Made by a program: the position numbers and the translations under genes. From contig WELA01002665.1 of assembly GCA_009602735.1 (NCBI GenBank), forward strand, positions 321,328-359,975: a stretch of DNA of 38,648 bases. The letters run 5' to 3'. Positions 11,422 to 22,269 of the stretch are shown here, one piece after another. Within the stretch, counting starts at the first letter, position 1. Each line of letters begins with the position of its first letter. The DNA is from Mesotaenium endlicherianum (taxonomy: Eukaryota). The notes under the pieces are model-generated. The model was not told where the DNA came from. It saw only the letters and a program-made list of their open reading frames with translations, and did not search any database.

Positions 11422-14400
11422 TATGCACGCACACACTCGGCAGTATTTGATAAATAATGGCCAACTGTGTTCAGGTGTGCTATTGCCAAGACTCGGCCAC
11501 CCAGAGCCGTGCGCACAACACACACACCCACACCCGCACACACACACACACACACACGCACGCATACACGTGCGCGTGTGCGCATGCGCGAGCATCCTCA
11601 TGCGCCCGCCTGAGCGCAGCCCCCTGGAGGGCTGTCAGGGGGCCTTGAGATCCCTCTGAGGCTCACCCTCCTCGAGGAGCAGGCTCTGACTCTGACCAAC
11701 TCTAGCTCGAGAGGAAGAAGACTCTTCTTACTTGGTGCGCGGAGGCTTGAGCCCCATGGTCACACGCGAGCGCCAATCTCGGCTTTCTTTTGCTCCCCTT
11801 CCTCCCCCCCACACAAGCCCACCCCACCCAACTCCCAATCCTCGCTGCCCGCCCCTCTTTCCCTTCAACATTCCTTCCCTCCCTGTATCAACTATCGATC
11901 TGAATCTCGGACCCTGTTCTGGCAGAGTCTGCAGCCTGTTTCCGACAAACCCTGACCTAAGCTCAACCCTATCCCTAGCCCTAGCCCCGACCCATACCCC
12001 TTGCCTGACCCTCAACCCTGCATTGGTCCCTCTCTCCCCCTGCCTCTCTCCCCCCTCGTCTTGTGCGCCCCCTCTCTTTCCCCCCCCTTGTTGCGCGCGC
12101 GCAGCCTGTGGTTGACGAGAAGCTTGCCCCATGCCTGACCCTCAACCCCTGCATTGGTCCCTCTCTCCCTCTCTCCCCCTCCCTCTCCCCCCTCGTTGTG
12201 TGCGCGCAGCCTGTGGTGGAGGAGATAGAGAAGCTGGGCGGCAAGGGGTTCTCGGTGGAGGCCAATCTGGAGAAGCCGGCCGACTGGGAGCGCAGCATCC
12301 GAGTACGCTCTCAGATTCCTCATCCCCCTCCGCCTGCCCCCAGCTCCGCCCTCCTCCCATTGCCCCTAGCTTCTAACCCCTCGGGCCTGGGCCCCCTCGA
12401 GCCTGAGCCAGCTAACCTCGTCCTCCCTCGTCCTCTCTCTTCGCCCCCCTTCCCCCGCCCCCCCTCNNNNNNNNNNNNNNNNNNNNNNNNNNNNNNNNNN
12501 NNNNNNNNNNNNNNNNNNNNNNNNNNNNNNNNNNNNNNNNNNNNNNNNNNNNNNNNNNNNNNNNNNNNNNNNNNNNNNNNNNNNNNNNNNNNNNNNNNNN
12601 NNNNNNNNNNNNNNNNNNNNNNNNNNNCCCCACCCCTCCCCCCGGCCACCACCAAAGGCTTCGACTCGAAAGCCTACGCTCAAACTCCTCTCAACCTGGG
12701 CCTCTTCGGCTCTGAGCCCCCCCAGCCTCCGCGCAAGCGCCCCTAGATGCACATGGAGGGAGTGAAGAACAAGACTCGGAGAATCTGACTAGTCCCCACT
12801 TTGCGTGTACTCGCATCTGCCAAGGGCTTCACGCATCTGATTCTCAGATAAGTACACGTGTGTGCAAGTAACGCGTCTGCCGGGAGGGGGGAGGGGGGCA
12901 GGGGAAGAGCTGGCGGGTGGGCATGAGGGCAGGCGGGAGGTGGGAAAGAGGAAGGGAGACGGAACATGCTCTTGACTACACCCATGCAACGAGTGTCACC
13001 CACCATCTCAAAGACTGACTAACAAATGCACACATGTACACGCACGCGTGCGCGCACGGGGGCACACACGTCTATCCCTTGCCCTGTCCCCTTCCTCCCC
13101 CTCACACCCATGTGCATCACATTCGTCTCTGCCCTTTCTTTCTTTGATCACTCACACATGCGTACGGGTGCGTGCGCCCCTCTCACAGGAGAACGTGTGG
13201 AGAAGCTGGGAGAAGTGGGAAGGGAGAGGGGGAGGGGGGGAGGCTGCATGCATGAAGTGTACATTTACTCCTCCTTTCAAAGACACGCGTGCGCATGTGT
13301 GTGCCCCCTGCGCCCCCCTTGCTCGCGCTTGAGAGTGGGAAGAACCTGGTAAGGAGCCTGGACTTGCGTATCTCATTCGCATGTTCCCTCTCTTTCTCCT
13401 TACACGCGCACACGCACACGCGCGCAACGACACAAACGTGCACTCTTACACCCACACGCACACACACCCCCCTCCCTCCTGCAAGAGGGAGTGTCGCGGA
13501 GCTGGAATGGAGGGGGGGTGGGCTGCATGTACGTGTGCTTCAGGTCTCTCACCCTCACGCGCGCGCACACACACACACTCACACGCACACACGCGCGCGC
13601 GCGCGCCCCCCTTTCCTTCGTGCAGGAGAGTGTGGAGAAGCTGGGGGGGGGGCTGGACGTGCTGGTGATCAACGGGCCGGGCACAGTGGACGTGATGAAG
13701 GCGAAGCCCGACTCCGTGGAGGCCTTCCAGGCGGCCATGAACGTCAACGTGCTCGCCACCGTGGCGCTCGTCAACACCGCACTCCCGCGCCTCATTGCCA
13801 GCAAGGGCTGCGTCGTGCACGTCTCTGCCAGTGAGCTCTCTCTCTCTCTCGGAACTCCCGCCACACCACACCACACCACCACACCCTCGTGCGCTCTTGC
13901 CCGCCCGCTCGCCCGCCCGCTTGTTCCCTCGCTCGCTCGCTCTCATCCGTTTGCCTCGTCGCCAGCAGGGGCGGCATGGTGGGTGGACGTCTCTGCCAGC
14001 AAGGCCTGAACTCTCAATCAGCTCATGTGCTCTCGCTCTTGCTCATTTACCCTGTCTCTGTCTCCCTCTCGTCGGCCCGCTCGTGGCCCCTGCTCACGCC
14101 TGACATGGCACTACATTGTGAAGGTCGCTGCCGTCGTGATGTCTGACCTGCTCGCTTGCTCTGCACGCTTGCTTGCTTGCTCTGCCTTGGCTCCTCATTC
14201 CCTCCTTTTCGCGACCCCGTCGTCTGTAGCACCGAGTAAGAGGCCCCAAGTGCCTGAGTGTCTGGGGCCCAGGGACAAGTCTGGTCCCAGTACTTGGCCC
14301 CGCTTTCCCCAGACTGGGGATCAGAGCCCTCGCGTCCCCGACGAAAGCTTAGCTTCCCCCTCTGGCGGGCTTGCTGACGACAGACCTGCGCCAGTCAATC

Positions 14401-15985
14401 TGCCCGTTCCCAGCCCAGATGCAGCTGAGCATGGCGTCCTACTACACGACCGGAGCTGCTCACCGACAGCCACCTGTCGCCTGTTGCATGTGCGCAGGCG
14501 CGGCGCAGCGGCCATACCCGGGCATGGCGGCCTACTGCGCGGCCAAGGCGGCAGCCGACGCGTTTGTGCAGAATTACGCGCTCGTGTACGCCAAGAAGGG
14601 CGTGCGCTTCAACTCCATCCTGCCCGGCGCCACCCGCACGCCCGCCATGGAGGTACCTCCTCCCCCTCCTCCTCTTCACTCTTCGCTCCTCACTCCTCCT
14701 CCCCCACCTCGCCCTCCTCCTCACTGCTCCTCCCTCCTCACTCCTCACTCCTCCTCACTCCTCCTCACTCCTCACTCCTCTTTCACTCCTCCTCCCTCCT
14801 CCCTCCACCCTCCTCCTCATGTCTCCCCCTCAAGGTAGGGCCGGTTTCTGACTCCTCATCGACACGCTGCCGTTCCTGCACTGGCAGTGAACAGTCACTT
14901 ACCAATGATACTCACTTTCAATGACGCAACTACCAGCAGCGTCTGCCCGTCAGTCTGCATCTGCGCAGGCTGTCAAACGCATCCCCCCCCCGCGCGCCCT
15001 GCACTCCGTCGATCAGCAAGCAGCACGGCGGTGCTCTGCCACAGTGTATCGGAGCAGCCGCGTTGTCTTAGCATGAGAAGCAAGCCCCTGGCCAAAATCC
15101 TGAATCTAAAATCCTAGACCTGCAACTCTTCACCTAAAATCTTGAGCCTGATACCCTCAGGTTATACGCCGATCTTAAACCTCGGCCCCCTCTCGTCGTT
15201 GCAACCTGTCAGGACTGGTTATCACATCGAACTGCCTTTATCCAAATCCTGAGTAAAGGACCTGCGGCAAAGGTGGCCACCAGCCAGTTGTCAGCTGTTC
15301 GCCGCATCTTCCTTTCAGGCGTAGGAATTGGCCTGACCCTACCTTAAACCTGGACCCTAAACCCCTAAATTCGAAACCCTAAACTGGAAGTCCTGCACTA
15401 CAAGGGATAGGGGCAATTCTGCAGGCCTCAGAAGGGGCTTCTGTCTGGAAGCAGGGGAGAAGCCTCAGAAGCATGTCGCTCCACTCACTCTTGCGCGTGT
15501 GCGCGCGCGCGCGTAACTACACACACACACACCCACACACACGCAGACACACACACACACACATAGGCACAGATACACACACAGACATGCACACACACAT
15601 GCAGAGGGGCGTACATGCACATAGAGAAAGACAGAGAGGGGGGCCGGGTTGGAAAGAGGGAGGGAGGGAGGGAGGGAGAGTGTGAGAGATGCGGGGGGAG
15701 GGAGGGAGGGAGAGACAACTCTGACGATGCCCCTTGTCGTGTGGTTGCCTCTTGCTTGCCGTCGGGCCCTCGGAGCAGGAGTCGAAGCGGACGTTCGGCG
15801 TGGAGGAGGCCGTGTTTGCGAAGATCTCGCCCAATCACAGGCTTGCCGATGCGGCGGAGCAGGCAGCCGCCATCCTCTTCCTGTCGTCAAGGGCGGGCGG
15901 CTACGTGACAGGTGTCCAGCTGCCAGTGGACGGGGGCTTCCTCCTGACCAGCTGGAGCAGCACCTCGCACATGCTGCAGGCCTAG
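9817..15985 (+). CDS. Classical short-chain dehydrogenase/reductase (FabG/adh_short_C2-like), 6 exons, 272 aa
   Basis: Exons 9817-9880, 11030-11124, 12210-12302, 13626-13830, 14498-14652 and 15779-15985, all GT-AG and phase-consistent (819 nt). Motifs: LKGKRVLVTGASGGIG (TGxxxGIG), GGLDVLVIN, MNVNV, YCAAK (YxxxK), GVRFNSILPG, AILFLSS...YVTGVQLPVDGG. The frame is also open 19 codons upstream to an AG at 9758-9759, so an additional 5' exon is possible. Confidence 0.92.
10692..10745. repeat. 12-bp tandem repeat (gttgactgnnca) x4.5 in SDR intron 1, containing three TTGACT W-box cores
   Basis: gttgactggaca gtggaccaaaca gttgactgttca gttgactgaaca gttgc. Confidence 0.7.
11340..11590. repeat. (CA)n-rich microsatellite blocks in SDR intron 2
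   Basis: Pure (CA)n at about 11382-11417 plus imperfect tracts. Similar blocks at 13400-13605 and 15495-15600. Confidence 0.85.
12467..12627. other. Assembly gap (161 N) in SDR intron 3
   Basis: Run of n flanked by poly-C low-complexity sequence. Confidence 0.99.
14656..14820. repeat. (CCT)/(CTCCTCA) low-complexity pyrimidine tract directly after SDR exon 5
   Basis: cctcctccccctcctcctcttcactc...ctcctcactcctcactcctc. Confidence 0.85.
15345..15383. repeat. Degenerate interstitial telomere-like repeat (CCCTAAA, Arabidopsis-type)
   Basis: taaacctggaccctaaacccctaaattcgaaaccctaaact contains three CCCTAAA units. Confidence 0.6.
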
Positions 15986-17946
15986 CTGCTTCCCCTCTCC
16001 CTTCTTTCGCTCTCCCTCTCCCTTTTTGCCTCTCCCTTTTTTCTCTCTCCTTCTCTCCCTCTCCTTATTTCCTTCTTTTCCTCCCCCTCTCTCTCTCCCC
16101 GTTGGTCGCCTGGCCTCCTTGCTCGGAACGAGCCCTACAGGAACGTATTAGTTTGTCTCAAACACCCATCATTGCATGTTCGGACTTGGGTGTGGGTGAG
16201 CAATAAAAGAGTAAAACGAAGGCTATTCACGGATGATGGCGTCCCCTATAATTAGCAATTCTGCGCGGAAAGGTGCTGCCTGCCAATGGAGAGGGGTGCC
16301 TCGCCAAGGGCACCAAGTACGCATTATTACGTATCAAAAATGTAGGTTTCCAGGCCTAGAAATAATGGTTGACCTCTGCCAGGCGCGAGACGTTTTGCCC
16401 CCTCAGGGCTCAGTATCATCAATGTATTGCGGTGTTATCTTTTCTTTTTTTTGCCAACTGCCTAAAATTGCCAATTGCCAACATTCATACATTGGGGGCA
16501 CTCGAGTTTTGTGGATGCTGATTTCTCGGAGTGCATGAAGTTTAATAGCAACACCATTTGAGTCATTTGGATTTTTTTGGTGCTCAACTGCCATTGCTCT
16601 ATTACGGGAGGGCCGTCGATAACTACTCCTGATTGGCAAATTCTACTGCTGCCTCTGATATTCTTTGGCGTAGGAAGTCTCCAAAATGATATTGCTTTCT
16701 CGCGCATGCATCCATCCCTTGTATGCGCAGAGTGGTGAGGTGTGCATTTGCCCACTAACCCCGCTCTGTATTGGCCGGGCACCCGTCATACACAAAAGCC
16801 ATAACCTCTTTCATGCACTTGTGTTCATCACCGCTACAACAAGACGCGTTTTTTTAGCGATGAACTGAGCGAGAGTGGTGCACATACAGCGCATCGATGA
16901 AGACCCGTAATCAGCCAACACATGTGACTGCATGCTGTGCTCGATGCCTTCAGCCCTGTGAGAATCAATATGAAGTGACACGCGTAGATAACATGTACAA
17001 AATATGTAAATCGATAACGTTGACTCAAGCGCACAGGAGCTGGGCATCCTCCCTTATGTTTCACATACAGAAAATGTCACAAAAGGTACAAATCCGTGCG
17101 ACAGCCAGTACACCTCCACGTTGCAACAAGAAGCGTACATGCATGCACACAAGGAAAGGCATGGAATAAGGACTCACGCATGTATGAGGCAAGTCATAAT
17201 ATCTCGTGAGGCAATTTTCTCTTTGAAGCTGCCTGTGGTGTTGGACAATAAGGACTTGCAGCACCTAGCTCAAGCCAAAAGGACATGTATATACACATGA
17301 AATAGGTAAGGGGCTACCACGGTCTGCCCTCGTAAGAAACTAGTCGGCCATGCCGCATCTAAGAATGTGTGGGGAAAAGCTGGAAGATATAAATAGACAT
17401 CCTCCACCCCTTATTCGTACACGAATCCTAAAATGAACCTATGAAAGAAAGCACCATAGATAGTACCGTACCCATGGTATACATGTTTACATATAAAGGC
17501 TCTAATAGGCTACAAAAGGCAAACATTTGCACCAACTAGCACCTACTCGCCGCCGCCTCAAACTGCGTCACCGGCATGTTGTGCGACGTACACAACCAGT
17601 GCCACGTCATTGCTACTAATCTTTCTTTCTGCAATCTTACATAGCATCAGCTACACGCCAGACGCCTCCATTCTACGGGCGCCAGAGCAAGGGCGACAGC
17701 AGCCACACACACCACCATTGCGCCACTCACTCTTCAGGTCAAAACGACCGGAGCCGTCGGGCCCCCCGGCCCCCCTGGAGAGAGCGTCAGCCCTGCCTAA
17801 GACCGTCGGCCCCTTGGGAAAGAACCCGCCTTGGTGGTGGCTGGCAGTGACACAGAAGATAAGTAGAGCCGCACGACAGAAGGTCTTGAGCCACTTCCTC
17901 TTCACAACTATGACCTAAGCCACCTGAGCTGCCCTCGGGTCGTTCC

Positions 17947-20661
17947 TTAAAGGGAAAGCTCGCCCTGGTGGCGGTGGTGGTCGTGCTGGTGCTGGGGCGT
18001 CGAGGGGCGCAACAGAGGCGCAGGCGCAGGCGCTGGCTCGCACGCGTTGTCGTACACTTTCTGTCGCGCGCCCATGCACCCGCCGCCCAGCGCGGCGATG
18101 AGGCTCGCGCGCCAGCCAGCTGGCGGGGGGGCCCGCACGGCCCAGGCCGCCTTCTTCTGGTTGGTGGGGATCGCCACGATGACAACGTCGATCTCCTCGA
18201 GCCCCCCCGGACTGCTGGCTGCGCTGCAGGAGGAGCTGCTGCTGCTGCGGCTGTGCCTGCGGCTGCCGCTGCGGCTGTGGTTGTGGCTGTGGCTCTGGGC
18301 CGCAGAGGGCTCGTCCAAGCGAAGGGGGAGGGGCAGCGCACGCGAGGAGGAGGACGAGGAGGAGGAGGAGGAGGGGGAGAAGCTGCTTCGGGGCCCCTTG
18401 GGTAGGCGGGGGGTCTTGGAGGACTGCGAGCGCGAGTGCGGCAGCGCGTGCCAGGGCACTGTGCTGCTGCTGTTGCTGCTCCGCATGGACGCCTCGTTGA
18501 AGGAGGAGGAAGCCGTCAGCGCAGGCTTCTGTGAAGGAGCTGCTGCCACCGCCGACGACGACGACACGCGAGGCGACGCAAAGGGGTTCACGAAGCGACA
18601 GATGGAGGCCAGCAGAGGGGACTGCTTCTCCAGCCAGGGGGTGTGGGAGCTAGCGTGGAACACGTCAAGGGCGGCGGGGCTTTTCGAGGGGAGGCCGCCG
18701 CCCGTGCCACCGCCATTGCCGCAGTGGCCGGCAGCCTGGGCCTGGGCGGCGTGGTGGGCGGCGGCGGAGATGTCATCGGTTGCGGCGTCGGAGTTCGGAC
18801 AGGTGTCGGCCAGCTGAAGCTGCTCCCACGCAATGTCGGCGAGAGCTGGAAGGTGCTTGGAGGGCGATCTGCAGGGGATGACAAGAGGAGACGGCTTCCT
18901 TATCTTCTGTGAGGCACCTGAACCTGAGCCCGAGCCTGCATGTGCGTCCGCACCTGGACTCGTTCCGGAACCTGCGGCTGCGCCTGCGCCAGCCGGCGCG
19001 TGCGCACGCGTGTCCTGGCTGACCTGGCCGTGGGGAGGCTCGGGGCCAGCAGCAGAGTGGGAGGAGGCGGAGGTGATGGAGGAGGAGGAGCTGCAGGGCG
19101 AGGTGGTGGAGATGGACGACGACGACGACCCCGCGCTGCCGCTGCTGCTGCTGTCGCCACTGATTGCGGCGTCCAGCAGGGGACGGCTTCTGGGCCGCTG
19201 GCCCTCCTGCTGCTGCTGCTGCTGCTGCTGCTCCTTGCACCTAACGCTGCTTTCCCCAGATGCAAACGCAAACACCTCTGCGCTGACGTCGCTGATGTCC
19301 TCCGGCAGGGAACCCGAGGGGCAGCGGGAATAGGACGAGGAGGCGAGAGAGGAGGAGGCGGAGGCGGGGGGGGAGGAGGAGGAGGAAGATTTGGGAAGGA
19401 GCGTGTCCAGAGATGACACGCGGGGGGACGCCGGCACCATCAAGGGGGGAGGGCGCCGCGCCGCCGCCGCCGCCGCCGCTGCCTTCCTGCTGGCGGCTTT
19501 TGTCGCGTGCAGCGGGTCTGGCGTGGCAGGCGCCACAGGCGACGCAGCGACCGCCGCCACCTGGCAGAAGCCGTCGAGCTCGAGCTCAGACGCGCGCTCG
19601 CGCTCGGAGGCGAGCTGCTCTCGCAGCCAGGGGTGTGCGAGCGCCTGGGCTGCTGTCAGCCGGCGGCCGGGGCGCGCGCGCAGTAGCCGCCTAATGAGGT
19701 CCTTGGCGGCCGGCGAGATTGACGGCCAGGGCTCGGCGCTCAGGTTGTAAGATGCGGCGCAGATCGCGCGGGCCACCTCCTGGCCGGTCTCCCCCGAGAA
19801 CGGCAGCGAGCGCGCCAGCAGCCCGTACAGCACCACGCCGAGGCTCCACATGTCGCTCTCTGGGCCAGACCTGCTGTGCTCGATGACCTCTGGCGCAACG
19901 TAGTAGGGGCTGCCAGCAAGGCCGTCCGCATGCCCCTCCTTGTCGAGATACGTGGCCAGCCCAAAGTCGGCCAGCTTCACTTCTGAGGGGGAGAGCAGCC
20001 TCGCCTGCTGGAGCAGGCGCGACCAGCTCCTTTTCGGGGTCTCCTCTGAGCCCTCTGCCCCGTCCTCTGCTGCTGCTGCTGCTTTAGAGCGATCGTAGCC
20101 GCCGGCGGCTCCCCTGGATGTGCCCGCGTAGCTGCTGCTGCTGTTATCCCAGGGCAAATTGGCGCCGCTAGAGGTCGCCACCTCGCTGCCGCTTTTCCTC
20201 CTCAGGAAGATGTTCTCGGGTTTGATGTCACGGTGGATGATGCCAGCTTCGTGACACCTGGCCACGGCATCCGCCACCTGGCAGAAGACGGCGGCAGCCT
20301 CCCGCTCTGTGAACCTCCCCTTGCACTCCAGCTCGTCGAACAGGTCGCCCTCCTGGCAGTACTCCATGATGATATGTACATTGTCAGAATCCTCGTAGAC
20401 AGCCTTCAAGTCAATGACATGGCGGTGCCCGGCCAGCGCCTGCATGATCTGAATCTCCTTGTCTACGTTGACGTCTGACGTGTTCTTAGCAAGGGCACCC
20501 TTGTTCATTGTCTTGCAGACAAGCTGCTCCCCCGTCTTCCTGTCCCAGCAGACCATGGCGACCCCTATGTGCCCCTGCCCTAGTTGCTTACCAAACTTAT
20601 AGTCCTTCGCGACGGGGCCATGGACCCTGCTGCTGCCTGCAGACGGATTCATCATACACAT
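17947..20661 (-). CDS. Intronless CAMK-group Ser/Thr protein kinase, PEPKR/CDPK-related without EF-hands, 904 aa
   Basis: LGQGHIG (Gly loop), VCK (catalytic Lys), KEIQIM (alphaC Glu), LKAVYED..VHIIMEYC.EGDLFD, IIHRDIKPENIFL, KLADFGLA, GLAGSPYYVAPEV, DMWSLGVVLY, PWPSISPAAKDLIRRLL...RLTAAQALAHPW. Followed by a Ser/Ala/Pro-rich tail with no EF-hand motifs. Single uninterrupted 2715-nt ORF from ATG to TAA. Confidence 0.93.
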   Translation of the reverse strand: MCMMNPSAGSSRVHGPVAKDYKFGKQLGQGHIGVAMVCWDRKTGEQLVCKTMNKGALAKNTSDVNVDKEIQIMQALAGHRHVIDLKAVYEDSDNVHIIMEYCQEGDLFDELECKGRFTEREAAAVFCQVADAVARCHEAGIIHRDIKPENIFLRRKSGSEVATSSGANLPWDNSSSSYAGTSRGAAGGYDRSKAAAAAEDGAEGSEETPKRSWSRLLQQARLLSPSEVKLADFGLATYLDKEGHADGLAGSPYYVAPEVIEHSRSGPESDMWSLGVVLYGLLARSLPFSGETGQEVARAICAASYNLSAEPWPSISPAAKDLIRRLLRARPGRRLTAAQALAHPWLREQLASERERASELELDGFCQVAAVAASPVAPATPDPLHATKAASRKAAAAAAAARRPPPLMVPASPRVSSLDTLLPKSSSSSSPPASASSSLASSSYSRCPSGSLPEDISDVSAEVFAFASGESSVRCKEQQQQQQQQEGQRPRSRPLLDAAISGDSSSSGSAGSSSSSISTTSPCSSSSSITSASSHSAAGPEPPHGQVSQDTRAHAPAGAGAAAGSGTSPGADAHAGSGSGSGASQKIRKPSPLVIPCRSPSKHLPALADIAWEQLQLADTCPNSDAATDDISAAAHHAAQAQAAGHCGNGGGTGGGLPSKSPAALDVFHASSHTPWLEKQSPLLASICRFVNPFASPRVSSSSAVAAAPSQKPALTASSSFNEASMRSSNSSSTVPWHALPHSRSQSSKTPRLPKGPRSSFSPSSSSSSSSSSRALPLPLRLDEPSAAQSHSHNHSRSGSRRHSRSSSSSSCSAASSPGGLEEIDVVIVAIPTNQKKAAWAVRAPPPAGWRASLIAALGGGCMGARQKVYDNACEPAPAPAPLLRPSTPQHQHDHHRHQGELSL

Positions 20662-21789
20662 AACTGCCCTCTTTTGCGCAAAAGAAAGGGCAGCAAGCCT
20701 GCTATGTTACGGCGGGCATAAACTAGGTGAATTGTGGGGTTGTCGAATGTGTGAAGGTTAACTGCTAATGGCGTTGGAAAGGACCAAGTTTTATGAATCT
20801 CAGAGACGAAAGTGAGTGAAAACTGACGATCCAATCATAGTCCCATTGCAACTTGGAGGAAGAAAATGATATCTCATCCCTTCCCCACCCGCAAGCACAC
20901 GCGAGCTCAGCAGAAGGCTGGCAGAAGGGACGATGTGTTTTCGCACGAAAAAGGTCAACCACAAATCGGCTAACTTTTTCCCATCATTAGGTCATCAGCA
21001 TCCAGTCTGGTCCAGCTAGAAGTGGCATGAAGAGTGCCGAACGATTCTGTCCCTTCAACATTCAAAACCCAATTGTATACGGAAATTGTACATCAGCGTA
21101 CCTTTAAATGGCAGCCAGATGTGACCGGATTGGCCCAGACGCATGGGATTTCTGAAGTTCTGAACTAGCTATATTGAGCTAGCTGTACTGAGCTATACTG
21201 TCATGATGGACTGCATGGACTTTCTAATAGTTGGACCCTCGTCAGATTTGGCGCAACGAGAAGCATGAATCGGTGGCCCTTCATGATCATCGACGGCTCT
21301 CTCATCCATCTCTATTGTCCGCTTAATGAATGGGGCATCCTTTCACACGATTGATCGCAGAAGAATAGTGTTTCGGCTTTTAGCCGACATGTGTGTAGGG
21401 ACCTGGGACTTGCTGATACTCCCTGGAAAGTGGTCCGCTTCGATCCGCTACAAATTTCTGCAGCCTTGAGAAAGAACGTAACAGCAGTTCTGATCATGTC
21501 TTTTGTCGTGTCTATCTACTAGTACGCGCATTTGGAATTTAGCGATCTATTTTATGCTGTTTCGCTGTCACCTTGCTTGGGGACTGGTTGCCAGCCGATG
21601 CCAGGCTTCAGACAGGTGCAGGCAAGACATATTCTTCGACGTGCGGACGGCAGAATGGCCACGCTATTGCAGGTTAGTGCTTGCCGGGTCCCGCCCGCTA
21701 CATTAGCATTTATTGCACATAGTTCGATAAGCTGATTGCAGCCAGGTCAGGCTGAAACCTTCGATTTCGAACGGGCACACAAAACAGAC

Positions 21790-21815
21790 ATATATATATA
21801 TATATATATATATAT
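21790..21815. repeat. (AT)13 microsatellite
   Basis: Direct reading. Confidence 0.95.
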
Positions 21816-22269
21816 CGGACCTACACCCCTTGTATCGTAGCTTCTTTGGGTATTACTCGCTTATTTGGATGCTTTGAAATCCGACTCAAACCGAGAGGAT
21901 TTCTTACAATATCCTTATAACATCGTAAGCGGATGTTGCCTTCAATCCTAGGAGCATGTTTCGTGCCTTATGGCGTCGGGACAAGGACACGTATGTGGCC
22001 TTCCAGCACTTGTGTCGTCTACTTGGTCGATGTGTCGGTGGTCCCCCCCGGGTGCGGGCCTTCCATGGCTGACTGGTCGGTGCATCCCTGCACTTGGGCA
22101 ATCAACCTGGTTGATTGCCCTTTGCGCGTGTGTCGGTGGCAGGCTGACTGCGATAGAGCAATTTCTGGTCTTCCTGCACTTCACCATTCAGTGACAGGGT
22201 CAGCACTTTGTGTTTTCACGTTGAGCTTGTCCTCTACTTCCTATTTCAAGTTTTAGCAAATTTTTAAAA

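Noticed and set aside
14240..14340. Short palindromes (ctggggccccag, ccccagactgggg; also ctcctcgaggag near 11668) considered as MITE ends
   Set aside because: No paired terminal inverted repeats with a target-site duplication could be defined, and such palindromes are expected in GC-rich DNA.
17968..19750. Long plus-strand ORFs opposite the kinase
   Set aside because: Shadow frames of a GC-rich low-complexity coding sequence, with no motifs.
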